Assembly: GCF_964213995.1 (NCBI RefSeq)
Contig: NC_135824.1
Location: forward strand, 11,346,001-11,410,000
Direction: 5' to 3'
DNA from: Mustelus asterias
Taxonomy: Eukaryota
Length of the DNA: 64,000 nt
Shown: positions 37,036 to 49,705 of the stretch, one piece after another
Position numbering within the stretch: the first letter of the stretch is position 1
How the letters are laid out: each line of letters opens with the position of its first letter
The notes under the pieces: generated by a model
The model's database searches: none
The model's input: the letters and a program-made list of their open reading frames with translations, nothing else
Told to the model about the DNA's origin: nothing
Made by a program: the position numbers and the translations under genes

Positions 37036-39222
37036 GAGAACAAATGCTGTAAAGCTCTTTGGAACATGAGAAGGTCGTAAAGGCTGATATTCACAAGCAT
37101 GTCTTTCTTTTCATCCTTAGTGATATCACTCTCTGCCTCAGTTTCCCATGCTTCATGTTCCTTTAGAGCGTTCCAAACACTCAACCCTGAAAGAAAGTAT
37201 TTCCTTCATGTTCACTTATCCTATTCTTCCTAGTCAATTGGTTCCTCCATATAAATTCTCCTCAGGTCAAATTCTCCTCAACTTCATAGCCGCCACTTTG
37301 CTCGTGGTTCATTTCACTGACAACTCTGACCACCTATTTGTATTGCTCAACACCCTCGTGCCCCCTGTGCCTTTCACTTCCTTCTGGATCTGCTACCAGA
37401 ATACAGTGCAAGTTGGGTTACAAGTGCAATTTCAACGATTTGATTGACTTGACTCTTAAGGCAGGCAAAATGAAAAACGTCAAACATTGACCTGTAGTTT
37501 CGAATGTGCATGTATCCCTCTGATTAACCTCAGATTTAGAAACAGCTACAATTACCCAGATTAACCTATTTAGAACCTTAATTTCTGGTCTTGGCTCAAC
37601 TGGCTCTCACCTTGACCTGAGTCAGAAGGTTGTATCTTCAAGACCACAATTCACTTAAAGACGTTGGAGGGGCAAGCTTCAATTAGTTTTGTGCAATCTG
37701 GGCAGAATCAACCAAAAGAATCATAGAATCCCTACAGTGCAGAAGGAGGCCATTCAGCCCATCAATCCTGCACTGATAACAATCCCACGCAGGTCTGATC
37801 CCTTTAACCCCACATGTTTACCCCACTAACTCCCCTGACACTAAGGGGCAATTTAGCATGGACAATCAACCAAACCTGCCATCTTTGGACTGTGGGAGGA
37901 AATTGGAGCACCCGGAGGAAACCCATATGGACATGGGGACAACATGCGAACTCCTGACAGACAGACACCCAAGGCCGGAATTGAACTTGGGTCACTGACG
38001 CTGTGAGGCAGCAGTGCTAACCACCCAAAGATCAAAACACAAGGGAGTTCCACCCAAAGTAACTCACACTTATGCTCTCCATATACTTTTCCACTGACTC
38101 AAATTTCAATTGGCCGGAATCACGCCCTGCCCGCTGTCCAAATTGCAAGATTCCACCCATTGCACTGATTCAGGAAAGCTTTTCAAATTATACCCATTTT
38201 CATTTCATTAAAATGTACTTAATTTACAAAGAAATTGACCAGTGTCCATCAATTAAACTATTAAAATTGATCCAATATGGTTTTAGGCCACTTTCAGTGA
38301 TTTTATATTGGGATATTTACAGACAGAGGACTGGACAACCTTATTAAAATATGCTTAATTTTGGCAATAAACCCATTTTCAGTTGTAATAACAAAACTGC
38401 ATCAAATTACCACTCAAATACATCAAGGAACACATTTTGATGAAGCAAAAAAAGGAAATAATTACATTCTATTACTCTGCCCACTTGTGTTACTCATGAC
38501 AATTTATCATCTGTAATTCTGTAAATCAATTTTAGGGGAAACTTGGAAGTTTAGCTTAATAAGAGCATTTTCAAGCACATTTTACACTCAATTTCCCAAT
38601 TGTGCAGAAAGCAGAAACTTTACTCCATAATCTAAGTCAACACTCCAGTGTCAAACTGCTGCACGATCTGTCTTTCATGCGACATTAACGTTCTTCTCAA
38701 GTGAATGGAAAAAACCCAAGGCAAAATCTGAAAAATATTCAACCAATAAACAAATCATCTAATTCATTCATTTTTGTGGGACCTTCCTGTTCCCATTTGG
38801 CCATCACATTTGCCTGTATAACAGAGACTGTCAACTGTAATCCATTAAGTGCAAAGTGTATTGGCTGATCCTGAAGATGTGGGAAGTGTTACACAGATGC
38901 TAGCGCTTCCTTAAAATCACAACCCAGGTTAGCAGGTAAGCGCCACAAATGTACTCCGGCCTCAACGCTGGAGCAACGCTGCAGGAAATCTCCTCATTTT
39001 GATAAATGGGAAATCTATTACTCTCAGTACTATTTATAATAAATTAATCTCTTCATTTTGGAGGAGTTAATTAATGCAATAATTGAGCACAAAATAATTT
39101 TACCTGAATTTCTTAATGCACTTTCACACATCCCAAAGAGCGACTTCACTCCACTGAGCGTTAAACAGGGCTATGGAGGTGTTGCTTTATTCCCCCCCTT
39201 CCCAAATTTGCCATATACTTAC

Positions 39223-39338
39223 GCTTACGTCCTGCACTCATGTTAGACTCCAACTGTTTGAGCTTTGAAACCAGCTCCTTGTTGCTACCATTCTTGTGAA
39301 TTAGATAATTAAGTAACGTGCATGCATACTGAGTGGTT
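39223..39338 (-). CDS. PEX11A: PEX11A coding exon 2 (TTQYACTLLNYLIHKNGSNKELVSKLKQLESNMSAGRK)
   Basis: 116 nt, acceptor ttttctttcag|A, donor C|gtaagt. PEX11 QYAC and LES..S.GRK motifs; phases fit. Confidence 0.95.
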
Positions 39339-40529
39339 CTGAAAGAAAACAAAATGCAAGAAGCACAAAGCTTATTTCCTGCTACACGTGGCAAATAGCG
39401 TTTAATGTTTTGGCAAATGCACTATCCTTAAATGTATTGCATCAAAAAAACAACATGATAGCTCTGCTAGACTAATAAAAGGTGCATCAGATGTTATACT
39501 ATTGATTTCACGTATGATCCGTACAAGAGGAGAGAAAAAGATTTTCACCTGGATTGGATTCAAAGCCAGATTCTAGGGGTGAAAGGATGGCAAGCAGCAG
39601 TGCGACTTCCACAAGTGTTGCAAGAACTATGGAGAGGTCTTTGCATGAACTGTTTAAACAGATCAATTAAGGTTGTGCAGCAGTCACAAATGAGATGCGT
39701 CATTTCTGTACCTTTACAAAGCCCCAATTCAAAACATAAGGAGAGTGGAAAGAGAGGTTCGAAGGAAGGTCCTTACGTAGCTTGGTCAGAGCACAGAAGC
39801 TTTGCCACAGGATAAATGAATCTTGCAAGAGAGGGGAAAGGAGTGACTAGATATTGAAGCAGGGGAAGATACAAGCCTATGGAGAGAGAGCAGGGTTTTA
39901 GGATTACTCTAACAAAAACAAAGCACAGACATGACAGGCCAAAATGGTTCCTCCTGTAAACTCCCCCGGTTCTCTGAGAGTATTGTAGGGTTCAATGGAG
40001 CTGCACTTGAAATCACATGCAATGAATTCCAAAAACAAATGATCCAGGAGATTTAATTTGCTCCTCTGGAGACCACATAGACTTGTATAATAAAACAAAG
40101 CAAAGATGGTGATCTTGGAATGTAAAGATATGCAAACCAATTAACTCAGCTTCCTGCACACGATATAATGCCTAGGTAAGGCAGATTATGAATGGGTCAA
40201 AGTCAAAATTAAAGGTCATGTTGTGGCATTTGATTTCCTTCCCAAATTCTGCAAAATTTTTCCTTTTTCATCCCCATCCAGTTCCCTGATTCTGTATGCT
40301 GCATATGAAAATAGCACTCTGTTAGCCCTTATTTTGAAAACTGATTATATATTTAAGTGTATACACATATGTATCTTTTTTCCATTATAAATGGCTTTCT
40401 TCACATTTGCAATGCCACCATAAAACAGTGGCATATTAAATTGTAGTGCAATGTGTCACTGCAGTTTCACATCTTCCAGCTCCTCAGCCTTGAGTACAGA
40501 CAATCATGTGCTCTGTACGAACATATTAA

Positions 40530-41610
40530 TTAGAAGCGGAGATAGGCCACTTGAGCCTGCTCCACCATTCAATAAGATCATGATTGATCTGATTGTAACC
40601 TCAACTCCACGTTCCTGCCTACCCCCAATAACCCTTCACCCCCTTGTTAATCAAGAATCTACCTACCTCTGCCTTAAAAATATTCAAAGACTCTGCTTCC
40701 ACTGTTTTTTGAGGAGTGTTCTAAACACTCACAACCCTGAAAGAAAGCATTTCTCCTCATTTCTGTCTTCAATGGATGGATGACTCCTTATTTTTCAACA
40801 GTGACCCACTACTTCTAAAGTCTCCCACAAGAGGAAACATCCTTTCCACATCCACCTGTCAAGACCTCTCAGGAAAGGATCTCATATGTTTCAAATCTAA
40901 AATAGGGGTTAAAATTCTATGGAGGTGGAGGAGCAGAGGGACCTGGGTGTCTATGTGCATCGATCACTGAACGTGACAGGACAGGTGGAGAAAGCAGTTA
41001 ATGAAACATAAAGTATTCTGGGCTTTATTACTGGGGGCATAGAGTACCAGAACAAGGATGTTGTGCTGAGCTTATACAAGACATTAGTTAGACCTCAGCT
41101 AGAATATGGTTCTGGGCGCCACATTATAAAAAGGACGTGAACACACTGGAGTGCAGAAGAGATTTACAAGAATAATTCTGGTTCTGAGAATGGCTTCAGT
41201 TATGAGGATAGATTGGAGAGGTTGGACTGTTCTCCTTGGAGAGAAGGTGGCTAAGAGGAGATTTGATGGAGATGTTCAAAATCATGAGCGGACTGGAGAG
41301 AGTGAAGTAGATCGGGAGAAACTATTCCTGTTCATAAAAAGATCAAGAACAAGGCGGCATGGATTTAAAGTGATTTGCAAAAGAAGTAAATGTGATCGAA
41401 AACAATCTTTCACAGTGAGTGGTTCGGGTCTGGACTGCCTGAAGTATGCTGGTGGCAAGTTCAATCGAGCCATTCGAGAGGGTGTTAGATAATTATTTGA
41501 ATAGAAACAATGTGCAAGGGTACGGAGAAAAGGCAGGGGAATGGCATTTAGTCTTGAGATTCGTTTGGAGAGCCAATAGGCCAAATGGACTCCTTCAGTA
41601 ACAAGTCTAT
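40530..41610. mobile_element. Two CR1 fragments in opposite orientation (about 40530-40870 minus; 40910-41610 plus)
   Basis: CR1 tail on the minus strand; LYKTLVRPQLEY and VQKRFTRII remnants on the plus strand. Confidence 0.8.
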
Positions 41611-42050
41611 CATGTTGGGTGAGTAGTTAGAGATGTAAACTGTATGCAACGCTACTTTATATGACAATCTTCCAACAGCTTTGGAATCAGAAAACAGTCT
41701 TGACCAGTAATGCCTTGCTCAGAAGCTGATGCTTGTGAACATGGAAAAAAGACCTGGGGGGAAGTAGGTGATTAATATGCAATCGGATTGGGCACGTCTC
41801 ATTCTAAATATGAGTTGAGACAGATCTTACATACTTTGGCTGTATTTACAATTACTCTCTTGAGGAGAAAAGCTCTGTATATTCCTGAATATAACATGAA
41901 GTCTCTTCCAACAGTTAAGAATGTCAATGTTTATTAAGCATAAAGGACAGCTCCCAGCTCACCATTCACAAAAATTTGACTCGAGGCAAGAGAAGTACTG
42001 ACAGCTAACCCAACAGTTTCCAAACTGAGCTCGGGACTGCGTTGATTTTA

Positions 42051-42156
42051 CTAACAACACCAGGTTAAAGTCCAACTTTGACCTGTTGGACTTTAACCTG
42101 GTGTTGTTAGACTCCTTTCTGTGTTTACCCCAGTCCAACGCCGGCATCTCCACATC
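42051..42156 (+). mobile_element. Penelope-like pLTR fragment with inverted arm (PEX11A intron)
   Basis: 26-bp perfect inverted arms (42051-42076 / 42085-42110); TSD ttgattttacta at 42042 and 42157. Confidence 0.75.
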
Positions 42157-42863
42157 TTGATTTTACTACCCTTTCCAGTCTGTGACCCCCGACTGTGCCT
42201 TTACAGCGCAAGGCTGGTGTCAATGTAAACTATAAATTATTCAGCATTTGAGGATGAACTTGGTGCAAAATAAACACCGGCAAATTCCCAAACACGAGCT
42301 ATCCAGACATACGTGACCCGCATCGCATCCAGGCACTCAAAGTAGTTTGATTTGTCTTCAAATCTAACTGGATTCAAAATGTACAGGTAGCATTGATATT
42401 CAGACACTGGCCTGCATTACTATAAACCTGGGCTACTGCGATTAAATGCGACTAAAATGTCTTCGAACTACAACAGAAAACGACAAAACAAACACACAGA
42501 TGAAAGCACAATTAAAATAAATGCACTTAGCTATTGAAATGCAAAGAGAATAGGGCATTTGAGATCATGAAATTAAACACAGGATTGAAATACTTTAGAC
42601 AGGCCTCAACTGTCAGCCATAGTTTGTAAATACATGGGAAAATAATGTTTGCTTTCGGTTACAACATGGATAAATATTTTAATTACAAGCGAGCTAGGTT
42701 AGAACATTAAACACATTTGTCAAAATGGCAGACAAGAAAAAGGTCAATAATCAAAAAAAAAGCTATAAATGAAAATGCAACACTACTAAAATTATAAAAT
42801 AGATTCCACCTGTCGGATTGATGTTGAAAGGCAGTGTGAAAGTTTAATTACTAAAAACCATAC

Positions 42864-42919
42864 CTGAAGATTCTGTCCCTGCCTTGGCTAAGGGAAGTGA
42901 ATTTCACAAAAGAATCCAT
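42864..42919 (-). CDS. PEX11A: PEX11A coding exon 1 (MDSFVKFTSLSQGRDRIFR)
   Basis: Kozak context gccATGg at 42919; 56 coding nt; donor AG|gtatgg. Resembles human MDAFTRFTNQTQGRDRLFR. Confidence 0.95.
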
Positions 42920-43519
42920 GGCGAGAAACGGGAGGCAGCAAAGAGCCGAGTTTCTCGGAGGTTAAGACTGAAAGAAAATCTTTGAACCCTGGAGGGAATG
43001 AATGACTCAACTCAATAACTCGTCCACGGCAGCCGGAGCCTCACACTGCAAAACAGCAGGGGAAACAGACAAGAGGAGAAACACAGTATAACTTTTGAAA
43101 TAAAGAGGAATCAAAATACAAATTCATAACATACTGTGTAATTATTTCTGTTTCTGCAGCCTTGCTGCCTCAGACTGTAGTCACAAGGTGTAAATGAAAC
43201 TAGGTTTGTCATTTAAGTCATCATATAATGCATTTAGCCCATCAAATCTGCACCAATTCTCAGAGTATTTTACCCAGCCCCATAACCACACACATTTCCC
43301 ATGGCTAATCCTTCTAACCTACACATCTTGTACACTAAGGGGCAATTTAGTATGGCCTCATATTGGACTGGAAACGTTTAACTCTGTTTTTCACTCTCCA
43401 CAAGAGGCTGCCAGACTTGCTTGTCCAGTATTTTTTGCTTGTGTTAGTCAATTATTTTTAGTAGCTAGGAGACATCTCAGTCAAAAACAGAAAATGCTGG
43501 AGAATTTCAGTCACATTGA

Positions 43520-43950
43520 CCCAGGTGTGTGCAAGAAACTACAAAGGGTTGCAAACGTAGCCCAGTCCATCACGCAAACCAGCCTCCCATCAATTGACCC
43601 TGTCTACATGTCCCACTGCCTCAGAAAAGCAGCCAGCATGATCAAGGACCCCACGCACCCCAGACATACTCTCTTTCACCTTCTTCCATCGGGAAAAAGA
43701 TACAAAAGTCTGAGATCACGTACCAACCGACTCGAGAACAGTATCTTCCCTGCTGCCATCAGGCCTTTGAATGCACCTACCCTATATTAAGTTGATCATT
43801 CTCAACATCCTAGCTATGACAGTAACACTATATTCTGCACCCCTTTCCTTCTCCCCTATGTATTCAATGAACAGTACATTTTGTCTCTGTAGCACCAAGA
43901 AACAACACTTTTGACTGTATCACAACAGATTTGACAATAATAAATCAAAT
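43520..43950 (+). mobile_element. Rex1/Babar LINE 3' fragment
   Basis: C-terminal part of ORF 43194..43790 (KAASMIKDPTHPRHTLFHLLPSGKRYKSLRSRTNRL) plus tail. Confidence 0.85.
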
Positions 43951-44799
43951 TAAGTGTCTAGATGTCAAACAACTTGTAAATTTGGAAATTAGTTCAACTT
44001 TGGAAGCTAAATGCCTGATTGAGATGCTTTTGTTTTAAAAACAAATCATCTTTTATATGGTGGTGAATCTGTGGAATTCACGGCCACAGAAAGTAGTTGA
44101 GGGCAAAACGTTGAGAGATTTCAAGAAGAAATTGGATATTGCTCTTGGGGCTAAAGGGATGAAGGGATATTGGGGGGGTGGAGAGAAGGCGGGATCAGGA
44201 TATTGAATTCAATGGTCAGCCCTGATCAAAATGAATGGCAGAGCAGGCCCAGATGGCCAACTCCTGCTTCTAGTTTCTAATATTTCTTCCCTACTGCCAT
44301 CAGACTTTTGAATGGACCTACTTTTATATTAAGCTGATCTTTTCCTACACCCTAGCTATAACTTTAACACTACATTCTGCAGCCTCTCCTTTCCTTCTCT
44401 ATGAACGGTAGGTGTTGTCTGTATAGCTCGCAAGAAATATATACACATGGATATATACACAATGTGTATATAAATATATACATGTATGATTATTAAAACA
44501 AAAGCATTTCATCCAACACCCAGTTTACCTCCCCAAATCCAACCAATTTACAAGTTGTTTGTCATTCAGACATCTGATTTATTATTGTCACATGTATTGG
44601 GAAATATATGCATATCAGCCTGAGGCCTAGGAGATTTACTCACACTCCTGAAGCCTAAACTCCCTCCATCCTCCACAAGATTAAACACATCACAAAGCTG
44701 CACTCTCTTCACCTGTTGCGTTTTTAAAAAGCGGGTTTAAAGCAGAGTCTCTGCAGATGCGATTGACTCTATTGCACCGTCTACCCTTTTATATTCGAG

Positions 44800-44990
44800 G
44801 AGAAGGGGACAATACCCAGCATTTCCCCTCCCCCGGGGGGGAACGAATGGGCGAAGAACCGGCGGACACTTTAAAGGGACGGAACCGCACTTCCGGTCCC
44901 GGTTGCCTAGCAACCAGTGGCCCAGCAGCATCAAGACCCTGGAGCCCTGAGCAGAAGAATCCACTCGTTCTCAGGGAGAGGTGTTAGTTT
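44800..44990. promoter_or_regulatory. Bidirectional CpG-rich promoter of PEX11A (-) and WDR93 (+), with ETS site and RFX X-box
   Basis: Local CpG cluster between the divergent genes. CACTTCCGG (ETS/GABP) at 44888-44896; GGTTGCCTAGCAACC (X-box) at 44901-44915. Confidence 0.75.
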
Positions 44991-46614
44991 GTTTTAAAGT
45001 CTTAATCAAGCTGGTGGAGGACTTTGGATTTTATTATTTATTTATCTGTTTTAAATTCTGTACCAGTTTCTCCCCTTCCCCCCTCAGTTATTGAAATATA
45101 GGAAATAATATAATATCCCTCCCCAAAGCTGCTGCCCAACTTGCTCAAGTTTCTGAATCAGTGCGCCTTTAACTCCTGCAGAATTGTAAGTTTTCTTTGA
45201 ATTTTTCAGGATGCGGGTTGATGCCCTGCTCATTCCATGGCAGGATCGATTGCGTGGATGCTTGCTGTTCAGTTTCCATAGAATCCCTACATACAGTGCA
45301 GAAGGAGCAGTGTATCGACAGCAATCCCACCCAGGCCCTATCCCCGCAACCTGATATATTTACCCTGCTAATTCTCCCTGACACTAAGGGGCAATTTAGC
45401 ATGGCCAATCCACCCAACCTGCATATCTTTAGACTTTAGAGGAAACCCATGCAGACACGGGGAGAACGTGCAAACTCCACACAGATACTCATCCGAAGCT
45501 GGAATTAAACCCAAGTCCTTGGCACCTGTGAGGCAGCAGTGCTAATTACTGCACCACTGTGCCGCCCACTATTTTACAGCAGGATGCCCTGACATAGAAT
45601 CACACAGTATGACATAGGGTAGGGAAGGGGAAAAAAACCAATTCTGCCCGATAGATCTCTGCCATGTGTTTTATGCACCACATGAGATTCCTCCCATCCA
45701 ACTTCATCCCACCCTGTCAGCATATCCTCCCATTTCTTTCTCCCCTGCACGTTATAATATCCCTGAATGCATCTGAATATTTAAACTGAACACTGAAATT
45801 CTGTTTCTTCTTAAGGTTCACAGTTGATTTTCATTTGCAATAAAGCAAATGATCCAACGCAAGACACCAATGTCAGTGCTCTTCCTGAGCCATTTATTCT
45901 TGAAAGGAAAGTAACTCCTATATAATTCAGGAAAACTATTGACCCCATTTGCTGCAGCTCTCACTGAAGATTTTCTATTAATGATGTACAAGGTGATAGA
46001 AAGTTTTCAAATCTGCACTTGCCCTCATCCAATGTATTGGAGATCAATGTGAACTTCATTAACTCCAATACCAAGACTGATACCAAGTTAACAAGTTCTA
46101 TGACATTCCCAGTAAACTAAGATAAAAATGAACTTCCGTGTTTTTATAAACAAATCAAACTTTTAATCTAGAGCTTCCATTTCAAGCAGTTGAAGGAAAT
46201 TAAATATATTCTTGAGATCATCTCCCTCGCTATGTATTAAATCAGAATAATACAGCACATAAGTCAGGATAGATGCAGTATCAAATGTGGAGATGTTGGC
46301 TCATATAGACAAGAAGTACTCCAGGTTCAATCTATGATCTCACCACAGGGCCTGTGGAGTCGGGAAACATTTCTATTCCTCCAGGTCCCACAAAAGAGTT
46401 TTTTTTTTAACTTGCCTTTTATTGGCAGCTGAAGAAGCCACTTTCAATCTTAACACCTGCTCTATTCCTCAAATAAATTTCTCATAAGAATCCTTAAACA
46501 GGCTATAGGTGGTTAATTAACATATGCAAGGCACCATGTCCAAAGGATGTGTCTGAAATATTTAGCAGTGGCACAAATAAAGGTGCACTTTAAATGCAGA
46601 TCATCTCATTGCTA

Positions 46615-46766
46615 TATAACATAAAAGCAAAATACTGCGGATGCTGGAAGCTGAAACAAAAACAGAAAAATGTTGGAAAATCTCAGCAGATTTGACAACA
46701 TCTGTGGGGAGAGAATAGAGCCAACGTTTCAAGTCTAGATGACCCTTGGTCAGTGCTCATCTAATT
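46615..46766 (-). mobile_element. Second Penelope-like short family copy with a decayed hammerhead
   Basis: 14-bp TSD tcatctcattgcta (46601 and 46767). Minus strand reads CTGACCA-A-GGGTC atcta GACTT-GAAA-cg-tt. Related fragments at about 7540-7626, 17285-17425, 19040-19150 and 43365-43510. Confidence 0.6.
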
Positions 46767-48016
46767 TCATCTCATTGCTAAATTTGTCAGAAATGTTCTA
46801 TTTTATGCCTGAACAAGGGGCACAATGTATACCAATGGTTAGCTTCATGGTCCATTTACTATTGGGTTTTGCAGAGAAGTGGATATTTTAGAAGTCTAAT
46901 CATGTTTATATGAAATATGTTTATCCTTGTTTTCACAACGTTCCATGATTTTGCCCTTCCCTATCTCTGTGATCTCCTCCAGCCAGACAATTCTCAGAGA
47001 TATCTGAGCTCCTCCAATTCTGGCCTCTTGTGCATCCCCAATTGTATTCCTTGCGTCTTCAGTTGCATGGGTCATTGGCTCTGGAATACCCTCTCTTCAT
47101 CTCTCTACCTTTATATCTTGCTTTCCTCCTTTAGGAAACTCCTAAAGTGGTTAGCACTGCTGCCTCTCAGTGCCAAGGACCCGGGTTCAATTCCAGCCTC
47201 GGGTCACTGCCTGTGTGGAGTTTGCATGTTCTCCCCGTGTCTGCGTGGGTTTCCTCCGGGTGCTCCGGTTTCCTCCCACACTCCAAAGATGTGAGGGTCA
47301 GGTTGATTGGCCATGCTAAATTGTCCCTTAGTGTCAGGATGATTAGCAGGGTAATATGTGGGGTTGAGGGGATAAGGACTGAATGGGATTGTTGTCGGTG
47401 CAGGCTTGACGAGCCAAATGGCCTCCTCCTGACTGTAGGGATTCTATGATTCCATCTCTTTAACCAAAGTTTTGATCATCTGACCTGGGTCAGATCTTCT
47501 GACTAGCGGCGATATTACACACATTACTACTGACAACAGAGAGCATTGTACACTTACTTTTTTGTGCCCTTCCAGTCGGGACTTCTGATTCTGGCTGGAA
47601 CAGTGAAACCTCGGTGTCGCAATCAAGAGAAAAACTGGCAAATGGGAGCAGTGAAGAGGCCACACACTCTTGTTATGACATCAGCTGCCATATTCAGTTA
47701 AGGTTTTAAAGGTCTCAAGACTTTTAGTAGGATTTGTGGGTGAATGGATGAGTGAGTGTGTGCTAGGACCGGAGTGGATAATTAAGTTAGGGTGTGGGTA
47801 GTCGGTTCATGTGTGGGTAGTTGGGTCTGGTTAGATTGTTGTGTTGGGGGCGGGGTATGTGTATTTGGGTTGTGTCAGGTGGTGCATAGTTGGGTCTGGG
47901 GAAGTGGGTAGTCAGGTCATGGAGGATCAGGTCGAATGAGTTGGTTGGAGATGTGGGGAGTAGGCATGGGAGGTAGAGGTTTGAGTTGCATTGATAATCA
48001 CTGAGTTACACCAGAG

Positions 48017-48153
48017 CACTCCACCTGACGAAGGAGCAGCGCTCCGAAAGCGAGCGGCGTTTGCTACCAAATAAACCTGTTGGACTTTAACCTGGTGTTG
48101 TTAGATTTCTTACTTTGTTTACCCCAGTCCAACACTGGCATCTCCACATCATG
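48017..48153 (+). mobile_element. Penelope-like pLTR fragment
   Basis: Same family; TSD acaccagag at 48008 and 48154; degenerate hammerhead. Confidence 0.75.
48021..48057 (+). ncRNA. Hammerhead motif, probably inactivated
   Basis: CCAC-CUGACGA-A-GGAGC agc GCUCC-GAAA-GC-GA-GCGG. The conserved U of the NUH triplet is replaced by G and stem I has a mismatch. Confidence 0.6.
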
Positions 48154-48589
48154 ACACCAGAGATCACCAGACTTACATCTAGCCCAAGTCTCTAACACTG
48201 AGATCAGTGTAAGAGGCATTCACATAGAATCCTGGGCAGTGCAAATCAGCCCAATGGCAGTTTAAACTTCCTGGGCAATTACAGAGTATGTGCATGCATC
48301 AGGACTTCCTCAGGCTCCTGACTAGCACCAGCAGTGAAAGCTCAGTACATCGTCACTCCGATATCAGAAGATCGGGTCCAATAGCTCCTTATGTGGCTAG
48401 ATGACATATTTTGTTTTATAAAGCTCCTGGAAGTGCTGTAGCATAATTTATAATTTTAAAGGCATTGTGTATAAATATACATTGTTGTTGTATGAGTTTG
48501 TTTAAGAATAATTAGTGACTCGGCAATGTAAATGGGATTTGGTGCAGGTCATTTCAAATTGATATCCTGCAGTCTACTCCTAATATAAC

Positions 48590-49705
48590 ATTTGATTTGA
48601 TTTATCATTGTCACATGTATCAGCATACAGTGAAAAGTATTGTTTCGTGCACACATACAGACAGAGCATACCGATCATAGAGAAGGAAACAAGGGAGAGC
48701 AGGTTGTAGTGTTACAGTCATAGCTAGGGTGTAGAGAAAGATCAACTTAATGCAAGGTAGGTCCATTCAAAAGTCTGACGGCAGCAGGGAAGAAGCTGTT
48801 CTTGAGTCGGTTGGTACGTGACCTCAGACTTTTGTATCTTTTTCCTGATGGAAGAAGGTGGGAGAGAGAATGTCCGGGGTGCGTGGGGTCCCTAATTATG
48901 CTGGCTGCTTTGCCAAGGCAGCAGGAAGTGTAGACAGCATCAATGGATGGGAGGCTGGTTTGCATGATGGATTGGGCTACATTCACAACCTTTTGTTGTT
49001 TCTTGCGGTCTTGGGCAGAGCAGGAGCCATACCAAGCTGTGATACAACCAGAAAGAATGCTTTCTATGGTGCATCTGTAAAGGTTGGTGAGAGTCGTAGC
49101 TGACATGCCAAATTTCCTTAGTCTTCTGAGAAAGTAGAGCCATTGGTGGGCTTTCTTAACTATAGTGTCGGCATGGGGGGACCAGGACAGGTTGTTGGTG
49201 ATCTGGACACCTAAAAACTTGAAGCTTTTGACCCTTTCTACTTCAACGCCGTTGATGTAGACAGGGGCATGTTCTCCTTTACGCTTCCTGAAGTCGATGA
49301 CAATCTCCTTCGTTCTGTTGACATTGAAGGAGAGATTATTGCTGCCGAACCAGTTCACCAGATTGTCTATCTCATTCCTGTGCGCTGTCTTATCATTGTT
49401 TGAGATCCGACCCAATACGGTGGTGTCGTCAGCAAACTTGAAAATCAAGTTGGAGGGGAATTTGGCCGCACAGTCATAGGTGTATAAGGAGTATAGTAGG
49501 GGGCTGAGAACACAACCTTGTGGGGCACCGGTGTTGAGGATGTGGAGGAGATGGTGTTGCCTATCCTTACTGTTGTGGTCTGTGCGTTAGGAAGTTCAGG
49601 ATCCAATCACAGAGGGAGGAGCCGAGGCCCAGGGCTTGGAGATGCGTTTTGTGGGAATAATGGTGTTGAAGGCTGAGCTGTAATCAACAAATAGGAGTCT
49701 GACAT
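48590..49705 (-). mobile_element. Rex1/Babar-clade LINE, 5'-truncated, with a 233-aa open RT C-terminal ORF
   Basis: ORF 48747..49448 has KFADDTTV, TKEIVIDFRK, FKFLGV, YRCTIESILSGCITAWYG and RLKNSFFP; 3' tail catgtgacaat..taaatcaaatcaaa. Confidence 0.9.
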
